Part shown: positions 1 through 12,699 of the stretch, one piece after another
Numbering within the stretch: the first letter of the stretch is position 1
Layout of the letters: every line of letters starts with the position of its first letter
Assembly (NCBI GenBank): GCA_028534125.1
Contig: CM052817.1
Coordinates: 96,908,001-96,972,000 of the forward strand
Direction of reading: 5' to 3'
From: Lama glama
Taxonomy: Eukaryota
DNA length: 64,000 nucleotides
The notes under the pieces: generated by a model
The model's database searches: none
Seen by the model: the letters and a program-made list of their open reading frames with translations, nothing else
Told to the model about the DNA's origin: nothing
Program-made: the position numbers and the translations under genes

Positions 1-459
1 ATTTGTTTGATGACATTGGCAGGAGGGAGGAGTAGAAATTCCATATTGTTCTTTGCAGCAAAAGACAGTGTAATAAGGAGAATCATTTGATAGCAAATCT
101 TTGTTTTTCTCTATGGCATATAATAAATATACATGAACCTGAAATTTTTATTGGATGTGCAAATATGTAAATAGTCAAATTACCTTCAGTTGTAAATATG
201 GTATTCAGTTAATACTAATTAAGAAAACATTAAAAACAGTATAAGTATACAAGTAGAGCTATACAATTGTCCCTTTAATAAAGACAATTGAAAAGAAAAG
301 GTAGAGCTTTGTCTCATAACACATCGTGTCCATTTCTCTCCTGAAAATAATAAATACCATAATGTATAAAGCATAGTATATCCCATAATAACATTTTTAT
401 TAAACAGTTGAAACAAAGGAAATCAATTTCTATTTAAATTTTATTCACTTGAATATATT

Positions 460-861
460 AAAATCTAATAGGGTTAAATACTTTATTAATTATTTTAAAA
501 TAGCAATGATAAATTCATTAGATATTACCATACATAACATTTTTATGAAAAATAATTATATTTTCCAAAACAGAAAAAAACAGGCCTGAGAAGAATGGCA
601 TTGTTTAACATTTTCAAATCTTATTAATAGCTCACTTAATCAAAAATTCTTTTATCTTCTCAATCTATCAGTGCAATATGTTGTTTTAGTAGTTTATGAA
701 GAAAACCCAGCCTGACAAAGATACGTAGTTGTAAGTCAGGAGTCTTCTAATAACATTTTTGCATAATTGTGTGTATTTTCCTCTGATACAACACTCAACA
801 AGTAATAGTTTCTTAAAGGATAGTTGCAGTACAAAATCTGAAAATATATCAGTGCACATTT
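460..861 (-). mobile_element. hAT-Charlie DNA transposon (Charlie1/Charlie1a-like), left part, split by GHITM retrocopy
   Basis: Sequence such as 'tattttccaaaac...gagaagaatggcattgttt...gtagtttatgaagaaaacccagcc...tttcttaaaggatagttgcag' follows the recalled Charlie1a consensus and resumes collinearly at ~3345. Left boundary approximate. Confidence 0.7.
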
Positions 862-3344
862 TTTTAATCATCTGGCTGGAACTGTTATTATTTCAGAAAT
901 AAGTATCCTATATAACTTGAGGTGGCTAGAATAGTTATATCTGGATTACTGTAATAAAGATTTGTCAGAAACAACAGTCATCTTAATAATCAGACACATT
1001 TATTTTATTAAGTAACTTTCAAAAATAACTCTTATTTATAAAAAATTTACAAATGTCACAAAAGAGTTAAGCAATGGTCTACACAGGAGAGAAGGAAAAT
1101 TCTGTTCAGGAAAGCTCTATAGAAGCATTTTCCCCATACTATTTTTGATTGATATAGTTCACAAAGAAAGCCTCGTTTTGCCTTCCCTTTCAGGGCTTAG
1201 TCTGAGAAGGAACGTGAGAAACCACATCTTAGAAGAAAAACTACTCTCAAAATCTCAAGTGTAAGCTATAAAGAGGCTTTTCTGATGAAAGCTTCAAAGC
1301 TTGAAGAGATGAGAAAGGCAAGTATATATTCTATTTAATATTTTGATAAGTATATAAAAAATTCAAAAATGAGGAACATATCATTTGTATACTTGAAAAT
1401 GCAACTATTTTCATGCTTCGATTTTATGCTGAGAAAAGTTTTAAGGATATTTTGTTCTAGAAGATTCAAAAATAAAATTTACACACACATATATAGTATA
1501 TATGATGTGTCAGGGATTATGGATATATTATATATATCAGGAAATCTGTACATGATTAACATTGTGGGCTGTGCTACCAATGTCAAACAATGAGAAACCA
1601 AACATGCTCACATCTGTGTTATAAAAAGAGCACAGAGAAGGAACAGTGGGAGAATGAATCACCTATGTCTGTGCTCAATGCTTCTGATAAGTCCAGTAGA
1701 CGAATGTAAAAAAGAGCAATGACTAGTTTGCCCAGACCCTTCTCATTAGCTCACCGCAATTACACAAGCGCTAAAATCTAAGTATTCAAAGAAAGACTGC
1801 AGGTGACCCTTTACTTCTCTCTGGTCCCTTTACCAAACGTCTGTGTCACTTATGATATTACTTGTTAATGTTCTAAATTCCAAAAAAATGTAGGTAAACG
1901 CATTTTGCTAATTTTCACTTAACCAAATAATTTTTAAAATAGATAAAACACTTCAGTTCTTACAACAGAAACCTCAGTATTCACATTCATTAAAAAGTTC
2001 AGAATTACTCAAGCATGAGAACTGGGAATGTGGGTGCTTACTTGGAAAAGAACTACTGAATTTGTCCTCTGGAGGAAAAGGCAGACCTGAAGCACCACAT
2101 TACTGGAATATTTGAAAGATGTTGACAGGCTTTTATCTTCTGATCTTCAGTGAGAGCTGCTTGTACAAACCATGTCATGAGTATATACTCCTATTAAGCA
2201 AGGTATCTGATGTATTAAAGAAGTCAGAAGCTGAGTCACTTCACTTCTTCCTGTTGCTTCCAGTTGCTAGAATACTGGCAACTTACATAAATGTATTTCA
2301 TGTATTGATGTAGATTCCCAGCATGGAATTGATGGTATCATAGTTTTGAACTCCTTACACTGTTACTATTTCTGCATGGTTGACTACTTTATGGGTGTCA
2401 TACAGAAGGAACATGCTGAAAAGAACTCGTCTACCATGAATTGCCACTCAGTACAGACTGGTACTATGTACAGAAGCGGATCCCAGTGAGGACACAAAGA
2501 CCAAGGTCCACCCCCAGGGGTGCCCCATGTTCAAAAAACTTCTCCCTGGTGCATACATGGAACAGTGGAGAGGCCTCCCGGGATGGCTGCTGTGTACCAT
2601 GCAGCTGCAATGAGAAGAGACCCCCCCCCCCAATATCATCAGAAAAGCCACCACTGCTCCCGTCACACCAGAATGTAGTGACCAAGCAAGATGCTTTGGG
2701 CCTGGGCTGCAGTTACATGGTGTCAATTGTACCAGCATTCCAGCTCCAATCATGTCTGCAAAGGTCACACTAGTTGTCACCCAAGAGCCTGTCATCATTA
2801 AGTTCATGTGAGAATCAGAGTTCTGCTCACTGCCAGGGCAGACAAAGCTGTTAAACCAGTACTTCATGCTGAATAAATACAGTTAGAATAAATTCTGTCC
2901 TTCACGTGCTGAAGCTAAATAACAGCCTTTTCAATAGCTCCTATCTCATTGGACAATGTCATTGCCAAGTCAAAGTAGCACAATGCTTTCTGACCAATAG
3001 CAGGCCCTCCCTCCAGCAAAAAACCATCTTCCCATCTGATCGATTTTAAATATTCCTTTGATTAACATTTCCAGTGTGGCCACTTGGAGTTCTTGGCCAG
3101 TACTCCCATGCAGGTTCCCAATTCTTGTCTTGGTGGCATATTCCCTGCTGGGTGTTAAAAGCCACTGATTCTTTGTGATGGAATTCTTCACAACATGGGA
3201 GGTCTTGGTGATAGCTAGGTAGAAAACTCCAGAAGGTAGTGTCCACAGCCACACAAGTCTTTTGGGCAGCACTGTGATGCATCAGATTTACCAAGGATAT
3301 CTGAAAGCTCAGTCCACGTCGCCCCAACTGCGCAGTTCCCTTTC
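862..3344 (-). pseudogene. GHITM: Processed pseudogene of GHITM (TMBIM5/MICS1): 5'UTR ~3344-3273, CDS remnant 3272-2241, long 3'UTR to ~870
   Basis: Minus-strand translation gives 'VVKNSITKNQWLLTPSREYATKTRIG', 'IFKIDQMGRWF', 'GSWVT.SVTFA.MIGAGMLV', 'SPGPKHLAW.LHSGV.GAVVA', 'GAPLGV.LGL', 'VFVSSLGS' and C-terminal 'ATGSNRKK*' (TGA at 2241-2243), all matching GHITM. Intronless; start codon ATG->GTG; 4-nt duplication frameshift near 3005-3012; in-frame TAG (~2916) and TGA (~2865). AATAAA on - strand near 1000-1008. Confidence 0.95.
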
Positions 3345-4247
3345 TCAATGAATGTTTCATACTGTCACATTGAAATGTAATGTCTATCTCACACCTTTAA
3401 TGGACCTTCAATGCATGCGTGATTTTGAAACATCACATGTCAATCATTTGGAAAACAGTTTGCTGAGCTACGTAGATCTTCCAATGTTGGCACACTTCAT
3501 TATACAATATCAAAAAAGTCACATTTGCTAACATTGCCACCAATCTGATTAGAATTCTTGGTGTTTGGGGAAGCGGTCAAACTAACAGTGGTTTGGAAAA
3601 TACAGATTTTCCAAAATTCTAATTTTTTCCTGAAAGTTGAATTTTATCTTTGTCAACAAACACTGTCAGTTATTTTCCTGAAAGTTGCAGGCTTACTTGG
3701 CTCATTTTCAAAAAAAGTCTGCCAAATTTTCATGTTTAAATAACCATAGCTCATCTTCCAGTTTTTCTTTCAAGGAAAGATGGGGTTTCATTTTAAAAAG
3801 TGGCTAGTTCAGCATACAATTCAAATAATCACATGCGCTTTTCCTCAAGGCAACCATTGTACGTCTGTATACGGCAGAAGTGCTTTATGTGTATTTCCTG
3901 TTTTATCGCACAGAATATTAAAAAGATGTATACTCAAAGAGTGAAATTTAATATAAAAGTTACTTTTTCTTGCTTCATTAAAGACTTCTTAAATGAAACT
4001 GACGTTTTTTTTCTTTTCCTGCAAGTGTGTGGTGGTGGAGAAAACAGTAACTACTAGTGCACTTGGTACCACTACCTTGATTCATGCCAAGGCACTTGAG
4101 ATTTAACCCACCAATGTTTCTGTACCATCAGTGCAAATGTGAACACACTGAAAAAGTCAAATAATGCTTTATTATTATTCATAAAATGTTTTTAACCTCT
4201 TGGACCCTCAGAGATATTTTTCAGGGACCACATTTTGAGAACCGATG
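3345..4247 (-). mobile_element. hAT-Charlie DNA transposon (Charlie1a-like), right part with terminus
   Basis: Minus strand ~3890-3840 reads HKALLPYTDVQWLP*GK, a decayed hAT transposase motif (LLLHTEVRWLSRGK). Ends 'gggaccacattttgagaaccgatg', resembling the Charlie terminal inverted repeat. Confidence 0.8.
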
Positions 4248-4639
4248 ATCTAAGTGTAAGCTCTATGCAAAGCGTTGGATTTATTTTGTTCACTGCTGTA
4301 TCTTCGACACTGTTGTACTAGAGCAGTGCCTGACACACAGAAGATGATTAGCAAATATTTTCTAAATATATTAATAAAGCAAGAACAGATGGGAGATTAA
4401 TCCTTTGTAGAAAACAGAATAATAAAATGTATGTTTTTTGCTACATATAGCTTGATAATTAATTAACACATACCACAAGATGGTATGAAATACCTAGTTT
4501 CGTTATTGCCATTTCCTTCACTAAAGATTCCACTGACTTCTGAATTATGAGCAAAAAATCTAAAGGACTGTTGCGAAGGAAGAAATGTAAAGTGTGCCAG
4601 GATCACGTAACAAATGCTAGTTTTTTTTTTCCTTGTAAA

Positions 4640-4760
4640 AGCACAGAGCTGAAATGACTTTAGAGATCATCCAGCCTGATTCTTTCATTTTTACAACTGA
4701 GAAAACTAAGCTGCTAGGGGACTAAATGGCCCAAAGTCATCATAGTTAGTGAAAGGACTA
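4640..4760 (-). mobile_element. MIR SINE fragment
   Basis: 'ttcatttttacaactgagaaaactaag...cccaaagtcatcatagttagt' resembles the MIR core. Confidence 0.5.
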
Positions 4761-4775
4761 AAGTACAGAATCTTT

Positions 4776-5971
4776 TTTTTTAGTTTTATAATTTTTTAAA
4801 ATTGAAGTATAGTTGATTTACAATATTGTGTTAGTTTCAGGTGTACAGCAAAATGATTAAGTTATGTGTATATGTATATTCGTTCCTACTTTAGGTTATT
4901 ACAAGATATTGAATATAGTTCCCTATGACATATAATGGGTCCTTATCATTTATTTATTTTATGTAAAAGTAGTTTGTGTCTGTTAATCCCAAGTTCCTAA
5001 TTTGTCCCTCCTTCCACTCCCTTTCCCCTTTGGTAACCATAAATTTGTTTTCTTATGTCTGTGAGTCTGTTTCTGTTATGTATATAGATTCATTTGTGTT
5101 ATTTTTTAGAGTCTGCATATAAGTGATACCATACAGTATTTTTCTTTCTTTGTCTGACTTATTTCACTTAGTATGATAATCTCTAGGTCCATTCATGTTG
5201 CTGCAAATGGCATTATTTCATTCTTTTTTATGGCTGAGTAAATTCCATTGTGTGTATATACCACATCTTCTTTATCCAGTCATCTGCCCATGGGCATTTG
5301 GGTTACTTCCATGTCTTGGCTGTTGTAAATAGTGCTGTTATGAATATTGGGGTGCGTGCATCTTTTTAAATTACGGTTTTCATCTTTTCCAGATATATGC
5401 CCAGGAGCAGGATTGCTGGATCATATGGTAGCTTATCTTTAGTTTTTTAAGGAAACTTCATACTGTTTTCAATAGTGGATGCACCAATTTACATTCCCAT
5501 TAACAGTGTGGGAGGGTTCCCTTCTCTCTACACCCTCTTCAGCATTGATCGTTTTTGGACTTTTTAATAATAGTCATTCTGACTGGTGTGAGGTGGTACC
5601 TCATTGTGGTTTTGATGTGCATTTCTCTAATAATTAGTGAGGTTGAACATCTTTTCATGTGCCTGTTGGCCATCTGTACGTCTTCTTTGAAGAAATTTCT
5701 GTTTAGGTCTTCTGTCCATTTTTGGATTGGGTTGTTTGTTTTTTGGATATTGAGTTGTATGAGCTCTTTGTATATTTTGGAAATTAATCCCTTGTTGGTC
5801 TCATCATTTGCAAATATTTTCTCCCATTCTGTAGGTTGTTTTGTTTATGGTTTCCTTCACTGTGCAAAAGCTTTTAAGTTTGATTAGGTTCCATCTGTTT
5901 ATTTTTGCTTTTATTTCTTTTGTCTTGGGAGACTAATCTAAGAAAATATTGCTACGATTTGTGGCCAAGTG
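4776..5971 (-). mobile_element. 5'-truncated L1 (ORF2 end + 3'UTR)
   Basis: Poly-T at the left; antisense L1 motif '[17 protein letters not shown]'; diverged TSD aagtacagaatcttt (4761-4775) / aaatatagagtcttt (5972-5986). Confidence 0.92.
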
Positions 5972-6354
5972 AAATATAGAGTCTTTTACATTTTCTCTTG
6001 TTTATAGCAATGGTAGGACTGGAATGGGAAGCAAGAGAAGAACTTTTGTGTGTTTTTTCACGTAGAAAATTGGCCAAGCAAGCTCAGAGGCAGAAATTCA
6101 AACCACTCCAAGGACGGAAGAGGAACTTGAAGCTAAAGGATGGAACATCTAAATGTACCTCCTGGTCAAGCACTTTGCTCCTCTCTCACACAGCTCAGGC
6201 TGGAAAGATGCAAAGACTGCATGGGGAGTCAAGCCAGTCCCATGGAACTGTGGAGAGGAAGAGTCAGGCTCTCAGAGGTAGGCAAGGAGGGCCCTGGAGC
6301 TGTACTGGATAGTAACATGGATGGGGCCAGAGACTGGAGAAGCCCCCAAAGAGA

Positions 6355-6545
6355 AGCACATCTTTGGCATTTTTTAGCAGGGAGCAATTGGCATTTTGTG
6401 TGACATTGTCCTGCACATGGAAGGATGTCTACCAATCCTACCCTCACCCACTGAATGCCAGTTAATCCCTAAGTCGCTGTGGCCGTTGAAAATGCCCTGC
6501 ATGTTTCCAAATGCTCACTAGGGGGCTTTTGTCACCCCGGTTACC
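6355..6545. mobile_element. MER20-like hAT non-autonomous element
   Basis: 'tgtcctgcacatggaaggatgt...ccactgaatgccagt...ttccaaatgctcactagggggc' resembles MER20. Confidence 0.55.
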
Positions 6546-9517
6546 ATTTCTCCCTTCACTCACGGAATCAGTAGCACTCATTGCTCTAGGAAGAGTGAAC
6601 ATAACCAAGTTTCTGAATGGAATTTTAAAATCAGAGCAGAAACAGGAGGATTCTTATTATAAGGCAGGTTTCTTGAAACAGGAAACGTGTATGTGTGTGA
6701 ATAAGCACTTGGAGGACCCAGGGGAAATTATACCATAAACCAAAGAGTTAGGAGATGTGAAGTTGTCTGGCAAAAGGTAATGAAAGAAAGAAAAGCTGAG
6801 GGCAGGTGACTAGACTGTAGATGCTGGTCAGTGCCTAAGAGAGGACTGTACCCTCTGTTCACTCTCTTCAGGCAGCCAAGAGGACAAGACATTCCCTGGG
6901 GGAAGACAGGAAGGACTTGAGGGCAGAGAGGATCCTCACTTGTCTCCAGCAGGCCTCGCTGGGTGAATGAGACACTCCTCCCCACACTCCAGCAGACTGA
7001 GCACCCAGCACTTCCTTGAGTCCCCTGAAGCGCACAGGAGTGGCTGAGAGGGGGATGGAGGAACAGGAAGGGCCTTGTGATCGGGGGAAGCTGACAGAGA
7101 TGGTGCAGACTTGGGGCAGGAGGGTAGGCAGCTGACAACTAGACCTGCCCATCTCAGCAGGTCCTGGGCCTGGTGCCTCTAATGTCAGTACAGCATGTAA
7201 GTAAATCCCCAGAAAAGAGAAGGAAAAGGGAGAAGGGCAAAACCCTGGACTGACTGAATTTGAATCTATAAATTGCAAAGTTTACATAGAAGGTTAAAAT
7301 TTAAGCTCTTAAATGGAGAATGCCTCAGCAGCTAAATGCAGTAATAAGGACATTAAGAGCCCAAGAAATGCGTTTTTAATACATTAATGAATATGTACTC
7401 CCTCTTTAATGAAGCCCCCTTTAAATCTGCAGGAAGTATCTAAGTGCCAAATATCAGCTATTCAGCTTGTTAAAGGTTAATTATTTGTATAGCCTTGATG
7501 ACTATGTATTGACAAACAAATGCCCCTTTTACTTCCCTGTGATTGTAAATACCACTGAAGTAGCTCCTAACTATATAGAAGCTGCAGACCTGTTAATTTT
7601 GCCATTATCAATGGATGAGACACGGGAGCCAGACTTTGTCCATTTTTTAATCACTGAAATATTTACTCTCTATTGTATGCGAAGTATAATTTTAAAATTA
7701 AAGTGTCACTAAGAAAACAAAGACTTAGACCTTAGAATAATGTTCTTGAAACATCCTTCAAAGCATTGAATTCTTCAATTGAGAACCATAGTGTAAATTC
7801 AGAGAGATAAATTCCACCTTAGTTTCAACTAAATATCCAGGAGCAAATGATTTTCTCTTTGTTCACACTCTTATAGAGGTGGGTTTTTTAATTGATGTCA
7901 TTAACATTCAGATGTTTAACATAATAGATATATGTCCATGCAGACTCAGCCCACTTATGGAGATGACCAAAACGGGCACTTCTGACCCAACGCACACACT
8001 CACTCCGAGTAAGCCTAGAGTTGATTTTCTTGTTTTGATACTGGTAGGCAGCTCATGTTTTACATTAGTAATTTCTGCCTCTCTCTCTCTCTCTCCAGAA
8101 AGCAAGAGAATTTTGGTTTGTTCTCAAAGACTGCCAAAGTAGTCTGAAAAAAAAGGCCTTAAGCTCTCATAAGCACATAATCAGATCTTCTTGCCTTTCA
8201 TGGGGACCGTTGTTTGGTAAACTCTGCTTTATGTTCCAAAAGAACAAAGTGGTAGTGTTCTCATACACTTCTAGTTTTGCAACCAAGTCCTGTAAAATGT
8301 CATGTTCTCATGACTAAATATGTGGGGTTTTCAGGGCAGTCTCCTTGCCTTATGTCAAAACCAAGCGATAAAACAAAGGAATGTGCTAAAGTCAGTCTAT
8401 TTTGTTGCACACCTGGCACCTTTGGTGGTTGACTTTATTACTTGATTCATGAAAAAAATCTGCAAGCTTGGCTTTCAGGTCATTTCTGATAGCCTTGTGG
8501 TTCCTTCTGTGACTTGGGAGCTTTGTATTCTGTTTCTCATTTACTTGTTTGTTTTACTTTTCAGTGACAACGAGTTGGTAGCTTGAATGGTATCAGTGCT
8601 TTAATTCTATAAAGAACAAAGAAAGAGGACTTTTTAGACTTCTTAATCCCATTAATGGGTTCTCGGGTAAAGATGGCTGAGGATGAATAGAACAGCAAGG
8701 CAGTTGTGAACGTAGAATTTCTGTTTTTTTTTTCTTTGGTTACTTAATTCTGTAAGTAACGGGAAACACATGAAACATAAAATTCTAAGAACTAACTTTG
8801 AAGCTCAACATTTAAAAACCAAAATGTGATTTGGAAACTGGATGTTAGTCACTGAGCACACAAAGCAACTTATTTCTTGCACTTGTAACTACTTTTTCAA
8901 ACAGGTTAAAAACTGATAAGAAGCTTGGGAAACTCTTATCAGTCATTGTGATAAATAGGTTAACCCATTCCTAAACTGTTAAGACTTTAAAAGGCCTAAA
9001 TTCCTTAAAGCATTAGGGGATTTTTTTTCTACTTGCTAAACATGCAGTATAAGAATCATTTTTGTTACAATAAATTCAGATTTAAATATCTTCTTATTCA
9101 TGTGATATATGAGTACATTTGCAGCCTATGGTTGCTTAAGGTGACACTGCAGAACATTGCAGGAAGTGCTGATTAGAATGTGCACGTTTGCTCTGAGTCT
9201 GTGAATTCCACACAGGTCTGCTGATGGGTGGCAGAGGCTCTCCCACAACTGTGTAGTTCTAGGTCATGGCCACCTGTGCATCAGCCTACGGATGCCTACC
9301 GTTGATACTTTGGTGCCTATCTTTCCTGTCTTTTACTCTCTTCATATACAAAGTTATGAAGTTAATCTCACAGTGTACTTGCTAGCTCATAATCTTTCAT
9401 TAACAATATGTTACTATTACATACATGTTAACATTACAGTATGCTACTAATTTAAAAACTACGTGGTCAGCCATGTCAGATAATCCATCATTCACTATAA
9501 CGCAATTTATTAAGCCA

Positions 9518-9765
9518 CAGTTGGGCCTTGAATATACAGGTTTGAACTGTGCACATCCACTTGTACGCAGGGTTCTTTCAGGAGTAAATACTACAGTACT
9601 ACCGGATCTGCTGTTGGTTGAACCCGAGGATGCAGAACCGCGGATATGGAGGAACCACGGATGTAGAGGAACCACGACTGCAGAGAATGAACAACAGGTT
9701 ATATTCGGATTTTCCACTGCTAGAAAGGTCAGTGATCCTAACCCCCTACCTGTTCAAGGTCAATT
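9518..9765. mobile_element. Tigger2-family (Tigger2a-like) non-autonomous Tc1/mariner element
   Basis: Termini 'cagttgggccttgaa' ... 'tgttcaaggtcaa'; internal 'tttgaactgtgcacatccacttgtacgc'; related copy at 52731. Confidence 0.75.
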
Positions 9766-10128
9766 CTACTTTCTTATTGTTATACACTTGGGCTCTTTCC
9801 GATTTTTACATATTGTAAATATTGTTGTGATAGCATCTTTAAACTTAAATCTTGGGGAATATCCTAATTATTTCCTATAGGTAAATTCCTAAAAATAATA
9901 TTATTGAGTCAAAAGGCAAATATTTTTAAATACATGCAATATTACCACCCTAAGATAACCACTGCCAACAATTTGGTGCATATTTTTAGTCTTTAAAAAA
10001 TTAATATATATGAGCATGAACATATGTATATATATATGTCTTTTGAAAAAGTTGTTATAATGTTATGTATAGTAGGGGATGTATTGAAGGATTTTAAGCA
10101 GGGGAATGATATGATCTGATGTTCATTT

Positions 10129-11371
10129 ACTTTTTATTTTGTTTTATTTTTATTGAAGAATAGTTGGTTTACAATGTTGTGTTAATTTCTTGTGTACAAC
10201 ACAGTGATTCAGTTATATATATATATATTCCTTTTCATATTTTCATATTCTTTTTCATTATAGGCTATTCTGAGGTATTGAATATAATTCCCTGTGCTAT
10301 AACAGTAGGACCTTGTTTATCTGTTTTATATATAGCAGTTAGTATCTATAAATCTCAAACTCCCAATTAATCCCTCCTTTCCACCCCCTGTCCTCTGCCC
10401 CGCTGGTAACCACAATTTTGTTTTCTATGTTTGGGAGTCTATTTCCGTTTTGTAAATAAGTTCATTTGTGTCATTTTTTTAGATTCCACATATAAGTGAT
10501 ATCATACGGTATTTTTCTTTCTCTTTCTGGCTTACTTCACTTAGAAGGACAATCTCTAGGTCCATCCATGTTGCTGCAAATGGCACTATTTTATTCTTTT
10601 TATGGCTGAATAGTATTCCATTGTATAAATATACCACAGCTTTTTTATCCAGTCATCTGCCAATGGACATTTAAGTTGTTTCCACGTCTTGGCTATTGTA
10701 GATAGTGCTATTAGAATATTGGGATACATGTATCTTTTCGAATTAGAGTTTCCTCCAGGATTATGCCCAGGAGTGGGATTGCTGGATCATATGGTAAGTT
10801 TATTTTTAGTTTTTTAAGCAATCTCCATGCTGTTGTCCATAATGGCTACACCAATTTACATTCCCACAAACAGTGTAGGAGGGCTCCTTTTTCTCTAACA
10901 TCCTCTCCAGCATTTATCACTTGTGGACTTCTTAATGATGGCCATTCTGACTGGTGTGAGGTGATACCTCATTGTAGTTTTGATTTGCATTTCTCTGATA
11001 ATAAGCTATATTGAGCATTTTTTCCTGTGCCTGTTGGCCATGTGTATGTCTTCATTGGAGGAATGCTTGTTTAGGTCTTCTGCCCATTTTTGGATTGGAT
11101 TGTTTGTTTTTTTGTTATTGAGTTGTATGAGCTATTTGTATATTCTGGAAATTAAGCCCTTGTCAGCTGCATCATTTGCAAATATTTCTCCCATTCCATA
11201 TGTTGTCTTTTTGTTTTGTTTAGAGGTTCCTTTGCTATGCAAAAGTTTATAAGTTTAACTAGGTCCCATTTCTTTATTTTTGCTTTTATTTCTATTGTCT
11301 AGGTACACTACCCTAGAATATTGCTAAGATTTATGTCAGAGAATGTTTTGCCTATGTTTTCTTCTAGGACA
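10129..11371 (-). mobile_element. 5'-truncated L1 inserted into an L2
   Basis: T-rich tail and L1 3'UTR/ORF2 antisense. TSD atgttcattt (10119-10128) / atgttcatat (11372-11381); L2-like sequence on both sides. Confidence 0.92.
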
Positions 11372-11960
11372 ATGTTCATATCAGAAGGGTCACTCTAGTT
11401 GCCCCGTTGAAGACAGACTAATTGGGAGCAAGGGCAGAAGCAGAGCCCAGGGTAAAGTTGCAGTAGGATTAGGGTTGTGGTTAGGGTTAGGGTTAAGAGA
11501 GAGGACTGAGTGTTGCAGCAGAGGGGCAGCATTGGAGGCACTGAATGCTGGTCAGATTCTGGATATCTTTTTGCAGAAAGACAGACTAGATGTGGAGTAC
11601 CAGAGAAAGAAAGGAGTGCAGATTAACTCCAAGTTTTAGAGACTTGAGCCGTTGGAAGGATGGCATTGGCAGCAAGTGACAGGGAAAGGCTGTAGGTAGA
11701 GCATGTTCGAGGAGAGGGAAGAACAAGAATTTCATCTGGAGAGAGTGAGTTTAAGATCTCTATTAGGTATCCCAGTGAAGAGGTCCAGTAGGCTGTTGAA
11801 CACGTGAACATGGAGTTCTGGCATGAGCAGGCATTGGAAATATAACTTGGAAATTCTTGGCATATAGGTAATATTTAAAGCCAGGATACGGGGTGAGATT
11901 AACAAGAGAGTGAGTAGAGACAAAGAGAAGAAGGACTAAAGACTGAAGAAGGGGAGCATG
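11372..11960 (-). mobile_element. L2 LINE fragment
   Basis: Typical antisense L2 text 'gattaactccaagttttagagacttgagc...ggaaggatggcattg...gagtttaagatctctattaggtatcccagtg'; left part at ~10075-10118. Confidence 0.7.
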
Positions 11961-12699
11961 ATGACATGAAGAGCATGTACTGTGCCCAGATTTTCCATTG
12001 ACTCATTTAATCTCCAAAATAACTCAGTGATAGGGTACAATTATACCATTTTACCGAGGAGGAATGAACCACGGAAAGATTATGTCAATAATCAATGGCT
12101 TAGTTCATTGATGAAATAAGTTTTAACTACCGTTTTTAATAATACAAACTTATCTTGAACTAAATCATGTGAACTTTTTCTGCACAGACTTTATCCATCA
12201 TGTCTCAAAAATCTTAGCAGTTATACATTCTAGTTATACTTTAAAGAATCAGCATGACTAATCTGTTCAAAGGTGCTTTTCTTTCCTGCTGACAACGCAT
12301 TTCTAAGGTGGCATATTGAGGAGAGAACAACAACAAAAAAGCTGATGTTCAAAAATGAGAAAAAGACAGCCGTTATTAGTGTTGGATATTTCTTAAAGAC
12401 ATTGTCTTTCTTTGCTTTCATGTGTCTCTTCCTCAAGAACCATGCATTCTCTAATCATATTTAAAGATGAGAGAGGCAAGTTAATAAAGGGAAATTGTCA
12501 TCACTCCTCCCACATCACCCTATAATACATTCAGAATATCTCAACGGACAGTCACTAAAGCTATAGTTACTCTTAACAGAAATGTGCAAGACAAGGAAAG
12601 GCAAAAAGCCTTTTGGTGGGTTAATCATTACAGAAGATTTCCAGAAAAAAGATTTGAAATGTCCCCTTGGTACCTTGGAGATTTTTACATCTTGGAACA

